From Paecilomyces variotii (taxonomy: Eukaryota): a DNA stretch of 64,000 bases. Below, one piece after another: positions 63,658 through 64,000 of the stretch. Location of the stretch: NCBI GenBank assembly GCA_004022145.1, contig RCNU01000006.1. The stretch is one strand, 5' to 3'. The position numbers and the translations under genes were made by a program. Position 1 is the first letter of the stretch. Every line of letters begins with the position of its first letter. The notes below the pieces were generated by a model. That model worked only from the letters and a program-made list of their open reading frames with translations, made no database searches and was not told where the DNA came from.

Positions 63658-64000
63658 TCACTCCGCAGGCATGTCTCTTTCAAGTCCCTCCAAAACATGA
63701 CCCACAAGGACCTTCACTGCCTCGTCCGCTTTCTGTTCAAGTTCGTCGGGAACTTTGTGAACCGTGATACCTGGAGGGGCTATGACAGGAATCTCGTCCG
63801 GGGTACTACTAGTCTTTAAAATGCATTCCATTAGTACACATATGATGAGCCCATATTGACGAACATACCGGGAGGCTACTGGCATAACGTTGGAATACGC
63901 CGAGATAAGAGTCTTTGTGAGGCTCCGCACCGACCTTGTCGACCGCATCTTGGATTAATTCTTCGAACTGTCCAAGTTCATCAGTTCCATCCATGGAATT
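63658..64000 (-). CDS. Possible hypothetical or degenerate gene at the window edge
   Basis: Two short ORFs can be joined in frame by a GTATGT..AAG intron (YASSLP/TSSTPDEIPV); no recognisable domain; downstream frames contain stops. Confidence 0.3.

Noticed and set aside
47000-64000. Formal Starship call
   Set aside because: No DUF3435 tyrosine-recombinase captain or defined boundary repeats within the window; kept only as a hypothesis.

Overview
Eukaryotic DNA from a filamentous ascomycete. Short GT..AG introns with CTAAC-type branch points and the gene content suggest Eurotiales (inference). Positions 1-32.5 kb are a conserved housekeeping block: amidase, WSS1, an AhpD/CMD-like gene, DIP2/UTP12, ARC35, an F-box gene, PTC7-like, UTP23, CMC2, PWP1 and RRN3. 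Positions 33-41 kb are an accessory island (HNH nuclease, Egh16/GAS1-like, BTB, kinase-like relic). At 41.4-46.6 kb is a divergent pair: an aspartyl-tRNA synthetase fused to a DUF2156 aminoacyl-tRNA transferase, and an HSL-type hydrolase. This matches the known ErdS/ErdH sterol-aminoacylation system. Positions 47-64 kb are accessory again: a nuclease-like relic, a stand-alone RNase H, an orphan UstYa/DUF3328 gene, a secreted beta-lactamase-family protein and a PNP_UDP-NACHT-ANK NLR. The most novel-looking signal is that the intact ~6 kb NLR lies inside a 7.8 kb element (55121-62913) bounded by hAT-like terminal inverted repeats and a degenerate 8-bp target-site duplication, with a 93-bp MITE of the same TIR family beside it. 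All exon boundaries were read by eye.
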